From: Acidobacteriota bacterium
GTDB lineage: Bacteria; Acidobacteriota; UBA6911; RPQK01; JAJDTT01
DNA: 64,000 bases
NCBI GenBank assembly: GCA_965209055.1
Contig: OZ242374.1
Span: 1,920,001 to 1,984,000, forward strand
Direction: 5' to 3'
Shown: one piece after another, positions 28,179-38,377 of the stretch
How positions within the stretch are numbered: the first letter of the stretch is position 1
Layout of the letters: each line of letters opens with the position of its first letter
Translations under genes and position numbers: made by a program
The notes under the pieces: generated by a model
Seen by the model: the letters and a program-made list of their open reading frames with translations, nothing else
What the model was told of the DNA's origin: nothing
Database searches by the model: none

Positions 28179-29486
28179 GTGAACAGGCGAAATTTTCTCG
28201 GAGCGAGTTTGGCCGGCGGAGCCGCGATCGGGTCGGCCGCTGCAGCCGGTTTGGGCGGCCGCAAGCGGGTTTCGGCCAATGACAAGGTGACCGTGGCCAT
28301 GATGGGTGTTCGGGGCCGCGGTCCCGTCCTGACCCGGTATTTCGGCGAGATGCCCGACGTGGATCTGGCCTACATCTGCGACGTGGACCAGAACGTGGTG
28401 GGTCCCGCCTTCAAGATCGCGGAGGAGACCCAGAGGAAACGTCCCAAGATGGAGGAGGACATCCGGCGGGTCCTGGACGACAAGTCGGTGGACGCCGTGG
28501 TCATCGCCACCCCCATCCACTGGCACTCTCCCGGAACCATCCTCTGCTGTGAAGCCGGCAAGGACGTCTACGTGGAAAAACCGGTCTCCCACAACGTCCG
28601 CGAGGGCCGTCTCATGGTGGAGGCGGCGCGCAAATACGATCGCGTCGTGCAGGTGGGGACCCAATCCAGGAGCCGGCCCAACACCCACCGCTTCATCGAT
28701 TACGTTCATTCGGGCAAGATCGGCAAGGTGCTCATGGCCAAGGTCTGGAACACCCAGAAGCGCCGGAACATCGGCCACAAGGAGGACGAGCCGGTCCCGT
28801 CCGGCATCAACTACGATCTCTGGAACGGTCCCATCCCGGTGCTCCCCTTCAACCGGAACCACTACAGCGGGACGGTCAATTGGCACTGGCACTACGGATG
28901 CGGAGACCTGGGAAACGACGGTGTCCACTGGATCGACGTGGCGCGTTGGGTCATGAAGGCGGGTCTGCCGAAACACGTCACCGGGGCCGGCCGCAAGCTC
29001 TACTTCGACGACGACCAGCAGACGCCCGACACCCAGACCGTCGTCTTCGACTACGAGGATACGGTCATCCAGTACGAGATGCGGCTCTGGAACCCTTACA
29101 AGATGAACAATGGCCAGAACGGCGTGGAAGTCTACGGCACCGAAGGCAAGGCGGTCGCCGGCTACTTCGACGGACACCGCACGTACGGCTTCCGCGTCTA
29201 CGATTCGAAGCACCGGTTGGTTCGGCAGGAACTGGCCGAAGTCAGGCGGGGCCGGGAACACTACGTCAACTTCATCGACTGTATCCGGACTCGTGAAACG
29301 CCCAATTGCGACGCGGAGGTGGGGCACCTGTCCACATCGCTCTGCCACCTGGGGAACATCGCGGCCCGGACCCGGGGCAGCTTCTCATTCGATCCCGCCA
29401 CCGAGACCATCACGGACGACCCGGAGGCCAACGCCCTGTTGACCCGGGAATACCGCGATCACTGGTCGACCCGGTTGGTGACTTAG
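28179..29486 (+). CDS. Tat-exported Gfo/Idh/MocA oxidoreductase
   Basis: GGAGG RBS with GTG start, NRRNFL, DVYVEKP and QVGTQSRS. Confidence 0.9.
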   Translation: MNRRNFLGASLAGGAAIGSAAAAGLGGRKRVSANDKVTVAMMGVRGRGPVLTRYFGEMPDVDLAYICDVDQNVVGPAFKIAEETQRKRPKMEEDIRRVLDDKSVDAVVIATPIHWHSPGTILCCEAGKDVYVEKPVSHNVREGRLMVEAARKYDRVVQVGTQSRSRPNTHRFIDYVHSGKIGKVLMAKVWNTQKRRNIGHKEDEPVPSGINYDLWNGPIPVLPFNRNHYSGTVNWHWHYGCGDLGNDGVHWIDVARWVMKAGLPKHVTGAGRKLYFDDDQQTPDTQTVVFDYEDTVIQYEMRLWNPYKMNNGQNGVEVYGTEGKAVAGYFDGHRTYGFRVYDSKHRLVRQELAEVRRGREHYVNFIDCIRTRETPNCDAEVGHLSTSLCHLGNIAARTRGSFSFDPATETITDDPEANALLTREYRDHWSTRLVT

Positions 29487-29504
29487 CCCGGCGGACGCAA
29501 CGTC

Positions 29505-30860
29505 TCAGCGGGCGGACAGATCGGCGCAGACGATCGACCGGTTGTTCCGGGCGTAGATGGACCGGTTGGCGAACGCGGGGTGCGACCAGACGGTGAGGCG
29601 CCTCCGGACGGGAACCACCGGTTCGATCAGGGTGGTCCGGCTCGTCTCCTGGTAGCCTTCGGGCGTGAGCCGGGCGAAGATCATCTCACCCTGCTCGTTG
29701 AGGATGATGAACCGGTTCTGGTGGCGGACCAGGAAGGCGTTCCACCAGCGTCCCTTTCCCGTGGCTTTCAGTGTCTCCCACACCCGCTGTCCCGTCAGCG
29801 CGTCCAGGCAGCGAAGCTGACCGTAGCTGTCCACACCGTAGAGATGCCCCCGGTCCAGGACCGGCGTGCACATGAGGGAGTGCAGGCCGTCGGTCTCGAT
29901 CTCGCTGGTGCTTCTGCCCTTCCAGAGGAGCGCTGCCGAAGGCCGATCGGCGCCGGTGCGCATCATGAGAGGCCCGTCGTAAAAGGCGCTCACGAACAGG
30001 AGGTTCCGGTCGGGATCGAAAATGGGGGTGGCCAGGGTGAGCCCGTTGCGGACGGGGAACTCCCGGCTCCAGTAGGTTTGTCCCGTCTCCGGATCGAGGC
30101 CGTAGAGTCCTTTTGGATTCCAGATGATGAGCTGGCGGGCGCCGCCGAACTCAAAGATGACCGGGGCCGAGTAGCCCGGTTCGTCGGCTTCCAGTGATCG
30201 CCAGATCTCGCGGCCGGTCTCCTTGTCCAGGGCCATGACGCAGCGGTTCTCGCTTCCTCCGGCGATCACGATCAGCTTGCGGCCGTCCACCAGGGGGGCG
30301 GCGGAAAATCCCCAGACAGGCGGCTGGGCGCCGAAATCCCGGATGTAGTTCCGGGACCACTGGACCTCTCCGGTGGCGGCGTCCAGGCAGATGAGGTCAC
30401 CCATGGCCCCGAGTGTGTAGACCTTGCCCTGATCCACGGTGGGAGTGGTGCGAGGCCCTTGCGGGTAGGAGATCTCGTAGTCGCAGGCGTATTCGTGCTT
30501 CCAGAGAGTGGCTCCGGTCCCGGCGTCCAGGCAGAGCACCCGCTCCCGGTTTCCGCCCGAAGACCGGTCCTCCGAGGCCGGCACCAGGTCGGTGACGTAG
30601 AGCCGGTTCCCCACCACCGCCGGACCGGCATAGCCCTGGCCGATCTCCATCCGCCATTTGAAGTTCAACCGCTCAGGGAGTTCGGAGACGATCCCGCTCT
30701 CCCGCCAGACTCCATCCCGATTCGGCCCCCTCCATTGGGGCCAGTCCTCGCCTTGAGCGACTTGCGGGATCAACACCGCCCAGATCAGACATGAGCAGAT
30801 CAGAGGAGGGCGGAGGACGCGGGATGCGAGCAGGAACGAGCCGATGATGTGATTCTTCAT
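29505..30860 (-). CDS. PQQ-binding-like beta-propeller repeat protein
   Basis: DWPQWRGPNRDG, repeated CLDA-TG-W blades and WSHPAFAN. Confidence 0.88.
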   Translation of the reverse strand: MKNHIIGSFLLASRVLRPPLICSCLIWAVLIPQVAQGEDWPQWRGPNRDGVWRESGIVSELPERLNFKWRMEIGQGYAGPAVVGNRLYVTDLVPASEDRSSGGNRERVLCLDAGTGATLWKHEYACDYEISYPQGPRTTPTVDQGKVYTLGAMGDLICLDAATGEVQWSRNYIRDFGAQPPVWGFSAAPLVDGRKLIVIAGGSENRCVMALDKETGREIWRSLEADEPGYSAPVIFEFGGARQLIIWNPKGLYGLDPETGQTYWSREFPVRNGLTLATPIFDPDRNLLFVSAFYDGPLMMRTGADRPSAALLWKGRSTSEIETDGLHSLMCTPVLDRGHLYGVDSYGQLRCLDALTGQRVWETLKATGKGRWWNAFLVRHQNRFIILNEQGEMIFARLTPEGYQETSRTTLIEPVVPVRRRLTVWSHPAFANRSIYARNNRSIVCADLSAR

Positions 30861-30926
30861 GGTGGGGACCTCAGTTGAGAGATTCGAGGTCAAAGAGTAT
30901 GCCGGGAAAGCGTTTCCCGCAAGGGA

Positions 30927-30997
30927 GGAGCGGCGACTTTCCTGTCGCCGTCCCGGGGCGGTTAGGGGAGACTGAAGTCCCCCCCTTTACACTTTCC
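30927..30997. repeat. ~70-bp composite hairpin unit (homologous to 54996-55063)
   Basis: GGAGCGGCGACTTTCCTGTCGCCG...AGTCCCCCCCTTTACACTTTCC. Confidence 0.8.
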
Positions 30998-31098
30998 CTT
31001 TCGACCCTCCCCCCCTCTGCCCTTCAAGCACATCCCCGCTCCAAGGGCCGGAAATCTCACCCCCGAACTGATAAGTTCTCAACTCGGAATCGAATCCC

Positions 31099-32586
31099 AT
31101 GGCGAACAAAAAAGCTTCAAACTTCGGCTCGGCCCCAATCCAGGGCACTTCGGGGTCCGATTGGGTCCGGCGGGGGGGCCTTCTCCTGGGTCCGCTGCTC
31201 TACCTGTGCGTTCTCTGGCTGGGGCGGGGAGCGCTCCAGGGAGAGGCGCTGGCCGTGGGAGCCGTGGCTCTCTGGATGGCCTGTTGGTGGATGACCGAGG
31301 CGATACCGCTCCCGGCCACCGCCCTGCTTCCCATCGTCCTTTTCCCCGCGAGCGGAGTCGTGCCGGCCAAGGAGGTGACCCTCTCCTATGGCCACCCCGT
31401 CATCTTCCTGTTCCTGGGCGGGTTCCTGCTTTCGGCGGCATTCAAGAAATCGGGTCTCGCGCGCCGCGTCGCCCTCAGGGCCGTCGGGTTGTTCGGCCTG
31501 CACCCCCGCCGTGTCGTCCTGGGCGTCATGTCCGCCACGGCGCTCCTCTCCATGTGGATCTCCAACACGGCGTGCGTGGTGATGATGGTTCCCATTGCCC
31601 TGGGGGTGGTGACCCAGGTGCAGGGTCCGGGTGGGGGCTCCGGGTCCCACTTCGGCAAGGCCATGATGCTGGGAGTGGCCTATGCGGCCTCAATCGGAGG
31701 GTTGGGAACCATCGTAGGCAGTCCTCCCAACGCCATCTTCGTGGGTTATCTCGAGTCCGGCATGGGACGAACGGTGTCCTTCCTGGACTGGATGCTCTAC
31801 GGAGTTCCGCTGGTAGCCGTGGGAGTCCCCGTGGCCTGGTTCTACCTGACCCGGATGGCCTGTCCCTTGGGGCGGGGACGCCGTCCCGGCTCCGGCAGCA
31901 GCCTCATTCGGCGTGAACTCGCCTCCCTGGGCGCCATGGGAACCGCCGAGAAGAGAGTCCTCCTGATCTCCGCCTCTGTGGCCGGCCTCTGGATCTTGCG
32001 CGGCCTGTGGCCTCACGGGTTCGTTCGGGTCGGTCTTGAGGATGTGAGCGATCCCATGATCGCCATCTTCGGGGCTCTACTGCTGTTCGCGCTTTCCGTA
32101 CGGCAGCCCAAGCTCCTGGAATGGTCCGACGCCAAGGAGATTCCCTGGGGGGTGCTGATCCTGTTCGGCGGAGGGCTGGCCCTGGCCAACGGGATCCAGG
32201 GATCGGGCCTCGGCGCCTGGATGGCCGACCGGTTGTCGATTCTGGAAGGGTTTCCGCATGCCGTGCTGGTCTTGGCGGTGACTCTGGTGGTGATCTTCCT
32301 GACCGAACTCACCTCCAACACGGCGACGGCGACCATTTTCATCCCCATCATGGCGGCCCTCGGCGCGGCCACGGGGGAGGAGCCCTACCCGCTGATGCTG
32401 GCCGCCACCACGGCGGCATCCTGCGCCTTCATGCTGCCGGTGGCCACACCGCCCAATGCGATTGTCTTCGGATCGGGGCATCTGAGGATCGGAGAAATGA
32501 TCCGCGCCGGATTGGCTCTGAACCTGTTTTTTGCCGTTCTACTGTTCGCGGCGGCCACCTGGTGGCTCCCTCTGATCTGGAGTTGA
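31099..32586 (+). CDS. DASS/SLC13 sodium-coupled anion (dicarboxylate/sulfate) symporter
   Basis: SMWISNTA, GSPPN, TELTSNTAT and FMLPVATPPNAIV. Confidence 0.93.
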   Translation: MANKKASNFGSAPIQGTSGSDWVRRGGLLLGPLLYLCVLWLGRGALQGEALAVGAVALWMACWWMTEAIPLPATALLPIVLFPASGVVPAKEVTLSYGHPVIFLFLGGFLLSAAFKKSGLARRVALRAVGLFGLHPRRVVLGVMSATALLSMWISNTACVVMMVPIALGVVTQVQGPGGGSGSHFGKAMMLGVAYAASIGGLGTIVGSPPNAIFVGYLESGMGRTVSFLDWMLYGVPLVAVGVPVAWFYLTRMACPLGRGRRPGSGSSLIRRELASLGAMGTAEKRVLLISASVAGLWILRGLWPHGFVRVGLEDVSDPMIAIFGALLLFALSVRQPKLLEWSDAKEIPWGVLILFGGGLALANGIQGSGLGAWMADRLSILEGFPHAVLVLAVTLVVIFLTELTSNTATATIFIPIMAALGAATGEEPYPLMLAATTAASCAFMLPVATPPNAIVFGSGHLRIGEMIRAGLALNLFFAVLLFAAATWWLPLIWS

Positions 32587-32687
32587 TCTCGACCCCATCC
32601 ATGTCGCCGGCGTTCGCCGGGGCCTGATAAACGACCGGATCTGTGGCGACTCTTCCTGGGTGCACTTAGAGTAAACTCCTTAAATTC

Positions 32688-33803
32688 ATGGTGAAGACGA
32701 AGTCCGCAGACGTCGTTGTCGTAGGCGCGGGGGTCATCGGCTGCGCCGTCGCCTACCATCTGGCCAAGGTGGGAGTGTCGGTCCTGGTTCTGGAACGGGG
32801 CCGGGTCGGACGAGAAGCCTCCTGGGCTTCCGCCGGCATCCTGACCCACGCACGTCCCGCGAGCACCCATCCCTACGAGCGCCTGGCGACGTTGAGCCGG
32901 AGTCTGTTCGAACCGCTGGTCCAGGAGCTCATTGAGCTGAGTGGAGTCGATCCCGAGTATCGGCCCACCGGCGGCGTTCATGTCTTTCTGGACGACGAAG
33001 GAGTCGAGAGAGCCAGGAACTACTATCGGGGTTCCGTTCTCACGGGCCTCGAGGTCGAGTTCCTGGAGCCGGCCGACCTGTTCGAGCTGGAGCCGGCGCT
33101 CAATCGGGAGGCCCGGGCCGCGATCCGTTTCCCCGGAGACAGCTCGATCCGGCCTCCCCGCCTGGTGCGGGCGCTGTCGCTGGCGGCCCAAAGGCTGGGA
33201 ACGCGGATCCTGGAGCACAGTCCGGTGGTGCAAATGCAGGTCCGGTCCGGACGCGTGACCGACATTCTGACTCCCGAGGAGCGAATCCAAGGGGGAAGCT
33301 TCGTCCTGGCCACGGGCGCCTGGTCCGGTCTGGTGGGCGACCGGGTGGGAGTCAACCTGCCCGTCTATTCCTCCAAGGGCGAAATCGTGCTCCTGGAGTC
33401 GCTGCCGGGAAAATTGGGTCAGATCGTGAACAACAACGGCCACTACCTGGTGCCGAGAAGCGACGGCAAGCTCCTGGTCGGCGCCACCGAGGAAGCGGTC
33501 GGTTTCGACAAAACGAGTACGGTGCACGGAGTCCTGGAACTGCTCGAATGGGCCTATCACGTGGCTCCGGGCCTGTCGGATGCCACGTTCGTGACCTCAT
33601 GGGCCGGCCTGCGGCCGGCCGTTCGCCGGGGTGGACCCTATCTGGGACGCCTCAAGGACTTCGAAAACCTCTATGTCGCTACGGCGCACAACAGCAACGG
33701 TATGCTGCTTTCGCCGGCCTCCGGTCTGCTCATGTCCCAACTGCTGACGAACCGTCCGACCTCTCTGTCCCTGGAACCCTTCGCCGTCCCCGAAACGGGC
33801 TAA
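32688..33803 (+). CDS. thiO: Glycine oxidase ThiO-like FAD-dependent oxidoreductase
   Basis: GAGVIG, EASWASAGIL and WAGLRP. The exact substrate is uncertain because no other thi genes are nearby. Confidence 0.7.
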   Translation: MVKTKSADVVVVGAGVIGCAVAYHLAKVGVSVLVLERGRVGREASWASAGILTHARPASTHPYERLATLSRSLFEPLVQELIELSGVDPEYRPTGGVHVFLDDEGVERARNYYRGSVLTGLEVEFLEPADLFELEPALNREARAAIRFPGDSSIRPPRLVRALSLAAQRLGTRILEHSPVVQMQVRSGRVTDILTPEERIQGGSFVLATGAWSGLVGDRVGVNLPVYSSKGEIVLLESLPGKLGQIVNNNGHYLVPRSDGKLLVGATEEAVGFDKTSTVHGVLELLEWAYHVAPGLSDATFVTSWAGLRPAVRRGGPYLGRLKDFENLYVATAHNSNGMLLSPASGLLMSQLLTNRPTSLSLEPFAVPETG

Positions 33804-34994
33804 GGAAGGTCTGATTAAGTCGAGTCAGCGTTCTGCACGATAATTCTTTCATCATCACTGCGTTGGGGGGAAAGACGATGTCGCAACGGACGTTCGCAGA
33901 TCTGGAATACGACACCAAGAAGCGGGTGACCCGTCGAGAGAAGTTTCTGGCCCGCATGGACGGGTTGATTCCGTGGGAGCATTTGGAAGCCCGGATTGAG
34001 CCGTTTTACCCGAAAGCGGGACGGGGCCGGCGTCCCTACCCGCTCTCGACGATGCTGCGGGTTCACTGCGTGCAGCTGTTTTACAACCTGAGCGATCCGG
34101 GGATGGAAGATCTGCTCTATGAGGTGGAATCGGTGCGGCGGTTCGTGGGCCTGAAGCTCACGGGGCCGCTGCCGGACGAGACGACGATTCTGAAGTTCCG
34201 TCATCGGCTGGAGGAGCATGGTCTGGGGGAGGCGCTGTTCGAGGAGATCGGTTCTCACCTGCAGCGGCAAGGCCTGCGGCTGAGCCGTGGGACGATCGTC
34301 GACGCGAGTATCCTGGCGGCGCCTTCCTCGACGAAAAACAAGGATCGGGCGCGGGATCCGGAGATGCACCAGACGAAAAAGGGAAAACAGTGGTATTTCG
34401 GAATGAAGGCCCACTTGGGGGTGGACGCCCAGACGGGGGTGGCGCACACGGTGGTGACGGCTCCGGCCAACGAGCATGACGTGACGCGGGCCTCCGAATT
34501 GCTGCACGGCTCGGAGTCGCAAGTTTGGGGGGATTCCGGATACCAGGGAGTGCAGAAGCGGTCGGAGAATCGAGATCGGCCGATGGATTGGCAGGTGATG
34601 ATGAAGCCCGGGAAGCGTTGGCAGCTGTCGCCGGAGAGTGAGGCGGCGTTGGCCGAGCGGCGCAAGGCATCGGTTCGGGCGAAGGCCGAACATGTGTTCG
34701 GGTACCTGAAACGGCATTTCGGCTACGCCAAGGTGCGCTACCGCGGGCTGGCGAAAAACACCCAACGGATCTATCTGCTGGTGGGATTCGCCAATCTGAT
34801 GATCGCCGAGCGCTCCGGTGTGACCGCCTGATCGGAATGCGGCACGGCTGTGTTTGAGGCTGGGGAAACCGTCTCGCAATCGCTTGGTCAAGACCAATTC
34901 AGGGTTGCAAATCCCACGTTACAACGCCTGGATCCGAAAAAGGCAGAGATACAAGGTCTGTTTCGCCCCGTATGAGGACTTATTCAGACCTTCC
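33804..34994 (+). mobile_element. Complete IS5-family insertion sequence (1191 bp)
   Basis: 18-bp terminal inverted repeats GGAAGGTCTGA(T/A)TAAGTC with 17/18 match. CTAA target duplication at 33800-33803 and 34995-34998. Confidence 0.95.
33878..34831 (+). CDS. IS5-family DDE transposase
   Basis: PDETTILKFRH, IVDAS, KGKQWYFGMKAH, GDSGYQG and KVRYRGLAKN. Confidence 0.95.
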   Translation: MSQRTFADLEYDTKKRVTRREKFLARMDGLIPWEHLEARIEPFYPKAGRGRRPYPLSTMLRVHCVQLFYNLSDPGMEDLLYEVESVRRFVGLKLTGPLPDETTILKFRHRLEEHGLGEALFEEIGSHLQRQGLRLSRGTIVDASILAAPSSTKNKDRARDPEMHQTKKGKQWYFGMKAHLGVDAQTGVAHTVVTAPANEHDVTRASELLHGSESQVWGDSGYQGVQKRSENRDRPMDWQVMMKPGKRWQLSPESEAALAERRKASVRAKAEHVFGYLKRHFGYAKVRYRGLAKNTQRIYLLVGFANLMIAERSGVTA

Positions 34995-35375
34995 CTAAGC
35001 TTGCATCGTGCGCACGCCGTAGAGTGGAATTCGGGCATCCCGGGTGACGATGGTGAGGCCCTCGATTTGAGCCTGGGCGATCAGAAACCGGTCGAACGGG
35101 TCCCGGTGATGCATGGGAAGCTGCGCCGCATGTTCTGCATGATGGAAAGTAAGCGGCAGATGCTCGAAACCCCTTGCCTCAACCTCTGCCGCCAAATTGT
35201 CCGGGGCATCCATACGTCCTTTCGCCACCTTGGCAGCGATTTCCCATGCGGTTATGGCACTGACGAAGACACGATTGCGTGGACTAGCGATAGCTGTATG
35301 CGCCATGGTCGTTAGTCGCGGCACGTTCGACAGGCACCATACGAGCACGTGGGTGTCCAATAGGAGCCGTCGCAT
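34995..35375 (-). CDS. vapC: VapC-type PIN-domain toxin
   Basis: LLDTH, VSAITAWEI, HRDPFDR and IVTRD. Confidence 0.9.
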   Translation of the reverse strand: MRRLLLDTHVLVWCLSNVPRLTTMAHTAIASPRNRVFVSAITAWEIAAKVAKGRMDAPDNLAAEVEARGFEHLPLTFHHAEHAAQLPMHHRDPFDRFLIAQAQIEGLTIVTRDARIPLYGVRTMQA

Positions 35376-35377
35376 TC

Positions 35378-35629
35378 CTATTCCTCATCCGGGAAGATCT
35401 TCGGGTTTTCGATCAGCTCGATGAGTTCCTCGTCTTCCTCGTCGAAGTCTGGAGACATCCAGAATTGCCCTTCCATACCTCCCATTTTTCGTTCTTCCAA
35501 GCGCTCCCGATAAGGCGTCAAACGCAGCCACGGTTCGCCGGCCCTGGCGATCACGATTTCCTCTCCTTCCCAGGCCAGTTTACCCAGGCGCGACAGTTGC
35601 GATTTCGCCTCGTGCATGTTCACCTGCAT
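35378..35629 (-). CDS. Phd/YefM-family antitoxin
   Basis: VNMHEAKSQLSRL...GEEIVIARAG. Confidence 0.9.
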   Translation of the reverse strand: MQVNMHEAKSQLSRLGKLAWEGEEIVIARAGEPWLRLTPYRERLEERKMGGMEGQFWMSPDFDEEDEELIELIENPKIFPDEE

Positions 35630-35645
35630 CTTTGAATCCTCTATT

Positions 35646-35689
35646 AGCTAAGTTTAGCTTAGTCTAGCAGAGTCCGCGAATCTTCTCAA
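35646..35689 (-). promoter_or_regulatory. TA operon promoter with palindromic operator
   Basis: Minus strand TTGAGA-N17-TAGACT, followed by AGCTAA-N2-TTAGCT (35646-35659). Confidence 0.7.
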
Positions 35690-35721
35690 GAAAATGAGCA
35701 GGAATTTCAGTCAGGACCGCC

Positions 35722-36804
35722 TCAGCGGGTGAAGAAGGTGCGGCTCAGGTTGTTGCGGCCGTTGGTGACGGTGTAGGTGGAAGCGTCCGCGCTCACCGAC
35801 ACCTTCACCAGGTGACCGGCGCAGTCCTCGTCGCCCCCCAGGTTGGCGATGAAATCCTCCGGGGCGTTGCCGCCCGGACCGGAATCCAGGTTCTTGTGGA
35901 CCTGGAAGATCGCGTCGACGGAGGGGAGCGACTTCAGCAGTCTGAAGACCTCCGGGGCGGCCCCTTTGCGCGAGCCGTTGTTGAAGACGGCCACCCGTGG
36001 GGCGACGGCGGAGACCAGGACCGGGTTGTTGCTGTTGGCGAGCCCGTGGTGGGTGGTCTGGTAGAGGTCGACCTGTCCCAGCAGGTTGGAGGGACACGCC
36101 AGGCGCGATTCCACGTTCCAGGTCAGGTCGCCCAGATCCAGAAACTCGAAGGCCCCGTAGCTCAGGAGCAGGCCCACGCTCCTGGCATTGTCCGTGGTGT
36201 CCTTTTTCTTCCGGGTGAGCTTCCCGCAGGCGGGATTGGAGGGGCCCTCCCCCTCGAGCGTATCGCCGGCCGCAGACACGCACAGGAGTTTTAGGGGCAC
36301 CTGAAGGCTCCGCAGGGGAATCGTGTCTCCAGGCCGGATCCGCTGCCGGTTCCCCCGTGTGGCCCGGATGTACTCCGTGTAGTAGAAGGGGAATTGCGGG
36401 TCCTCCTTGAGCTCGTCCATGGGCCCGTGATCCAGGAAATTGTCGACGGGGATCAATTGAACCAGGCGTCCGATGCCGCCGTAGTGGTCCCGGTGGAAGT
36501 GGGTCGTCACCACGTAGGTGATTCGTTCGAGGCCCGCCGCCCGGGCCACGGCCTCGATTCTCTTGGCGTCCCGGCCGTCCTCTCTCCTCCATCCCGTGTC
36601 GATGAGAATCGATTCCTTCAGCGGGGTGACGATAAACGTCGCGGCGCCCCCTTCGGCGTCGATGAAGTAGATGTCCAAGGTTCGGGCAAGCAGGTGTGGA
36701 CCGGGAAGCAGGAGGAACCCGATCAGCAGCGTTCCCGTGGACCAGCGCCTGGAAGGGATCCGGCAATACCTGCCGAAGCGCGTCGCGAAGAGTCGAAGAA
36801 TCAT
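35722..36804 (-). CDS. MBL-fold metallo-hydrolase (ComEC/Rec2-like), probably secreted; start uncertain
   Basis: THFHRDHYGG, ILIDTG, GDLTWN and HHG. Confidence 0.8.
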   Translation of the reverse strand: MILRLFATRFGRYCRIPSRRWSTGTLLIGFLLLPGPHLLARTLDIYFIDAEGGAATFIVTPLKESILIDTGWRREDGRDAKRIEAVARAAGLERITYVVTTHFHRDHYGGIGRLVQLIPVDNFLDHGPMDELKEDPQFPFYYTEYIRATRGNRQRIRPGDTIPLRSLQVPLKLLCVSAAGDTLEGEGPSNPACGKLTRKKKDTTDNARSVGLLLSYGAFEFLDLGDLTWNVESRLACPSNLLGQVDLYQTTHHGLANSNNPVLVSAVAPRVAVFNNGSRKGAAPEVFRLLKSLPSVDAIFQVHKNLDSGPGGNAPEDFIANLGGDEDCAGHLVKVSVSADASTYTVTNGRNNLSRTFFTR

Positions 36805-36971
36805 AGCCTTACACCTTAGCACCCCGTATCGGACGACGCCACGGAATCCCGCCGTTCAAGGCATACGGCGCCCGCGGGAAGAGCCTTCGGACGACGGTCC
36901 CGCCCCGGATCCTCATGCCGGGGCCCAAGGCCCATCTGCTATGATCGCCTCCCGGAATCGGGTGAAGTGTC

Positions 36972-38372
36972 ATGTTGAGCCGCGGCGATATTGTGGAGCT
37001 GGAAGTCGAGTCGGCCGCCTACAAGGGGGTCTCGGTGGCGCGCCGGAACGGACTGGTCATCCTGGTCCGGAACGGAGTCCCGGGAGACCGGGTCCGGGCC
37101 CGCGTCGTCAAGAAGAAACGCCAGCATGCGGAAGCCGTGGTGGAGCAGGTGCTGGAGCTGTCTCCCTGCCGGGTCTCGCCGGCCTGCCGCTATTTCGGCA
37201 CCTGTGGAGGATGCAGTTGTCAGAATGTGGACTACCGGAGCCAGCTCTCCTTCAAAAGGGCGCAGGTGGAAGAGACGCTGCAACACCTGGGAGGGATCAC
37301 CGGGGTCGAGGTGAAATCCACGGTGCCCTCTCCCAGCGTCTTCTATTACCGCAACAAGATGGAGTTCACCTTCGGGCCCAACCGGTGGTTGATGCCGGAA
37401 GAGATCCAAAGTGGAGTTCCGCTCAGGAAGGGTTTCGCCCTGGGCCTTCACATCCCCAAGCGCCACGACAAGATCCTGGATCTGGAAACCTGTTTTCTCC
37501 AGAGTCCGGTCAGCGTCCAGGTGGTCAATCGGGTCCGAAGGCTCGCCATGGACGAGGGCTGGCATGTCTACAGCTCGTATTCGGGTGAAGGGTATCTTCG
37601 CAACCTGGTGATCCGAACCGGCTCCAACACGGGCGATTTCATGGTTAATCTGGTGACCCGCCGCCGCCGCCCGGAACGCATGAAGCTGTTGCGTGCCGAA
37701 CTGTTGCGTGAGTTTCCCCAGATCACCACCATCGTCAACAGCATCAACGAGACCCTTTCGCCGGTGGCCTCGGGCCAGGAGGAAGTGGTCTACCACGGCG
37801 ACGGAGTCATCCGGGAGCGCATCGGCGACCTGGAATTCCGGATCGCTCCCACGACTTTCTTTCAGCCCAACACGGCCCAGGCCCGCAATCTGTTCGACGT
37901 GGTGCGGCGGCATGCCGGTCTCACCGGACACGAGATCGTCTACGACCTGTACTGCGGGATCGGGACCATCGCTCTCTTCCTGGCCCGGAGCTGCCAAAAG
38001 GTCGTGGGCATCGACAACCACGCGGCGGCCATTGCCGCCGCCCGGTCAAACGCTCTTGCCAACGGGATCAGGAACTGCACCTTCGTGCTCATGGATGCGG
38101 CCAAGGCGCTGAACCGGAACCTGGTTCTGCGGCAGGGACGTCCCGAGGTCCTGGTGGTGGACCCGCCCCGCGCCGGAATGCACAAGGAGACCTGCCGGTC
38201 CATCCTCCGATTGGCGCCGGAACGGGTCGTCTACGTCAGTTGCAATCCCGCCACCCAGGCCCGCGACCTCAAGATCCTGGCCCAGCGCTACCGGGTGGAG
38301 AGCGTGCGCCCGGTGGACATGTTTCCCCAGACCTACCACATCGAGAACGTCGCCTGCCTGGTCCGGACCTGA
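36972..38372 (+). CDS. rlmD: 23S rRNA (uracil-5)-methyltransferase
   Basis: TRAM domain, CRYFGTCGGC, FFQPN, DLYCGIG, DPPRAG, YVSCNP and DMFPQT. Confidence 0.93.
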   Translation: MLSRGDIVELEVESAAYKGVSVARRNGLVILVRNGVPGDRVRARVVKKKRQHAEAVVEQVLELSPCRVSPACRYFGTCGGCSCQNVDYRSQLSFKRAQVEETLQHLGGITGVEVKSTVPSPSVFYYRNKMEFTFGPNRWLMPEEIQSGVPLRKGFALGLHIPKRHDKILDLETCFLQSPVSVQVVNRVRRLAMDEGWHVYSSYSGEGYLRNLVIRTGSNTGDFMVNLVTRRRRPERMKLLRAELLREFPQITTIVNSINETLSPVASGQEEVVYHGDGVIRERIGDLEFRIAPTTFFQPNTAQARNLFDVVRRHAGLTGHEIVYDLYCGIGTIALFLARSCQKVVGIDNHAAAIAAARSNALANGIRNCTFVLMDAAKALNRNLVLRQGRPEVLVVDPPRAGMHKETCRSILRLAPERVVYVSCNPATQARDLKILAQRYRVESVRPVDMFPQTYHIENVACLVRT

Positions 38373-38377
38373 CGGAC

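Noticed and set aside
32587-32687. Possible TPP riboswitch upstream of the thiO-like gene
   Set aside because: The conserved CUGAGA core and helix layout are not visible.
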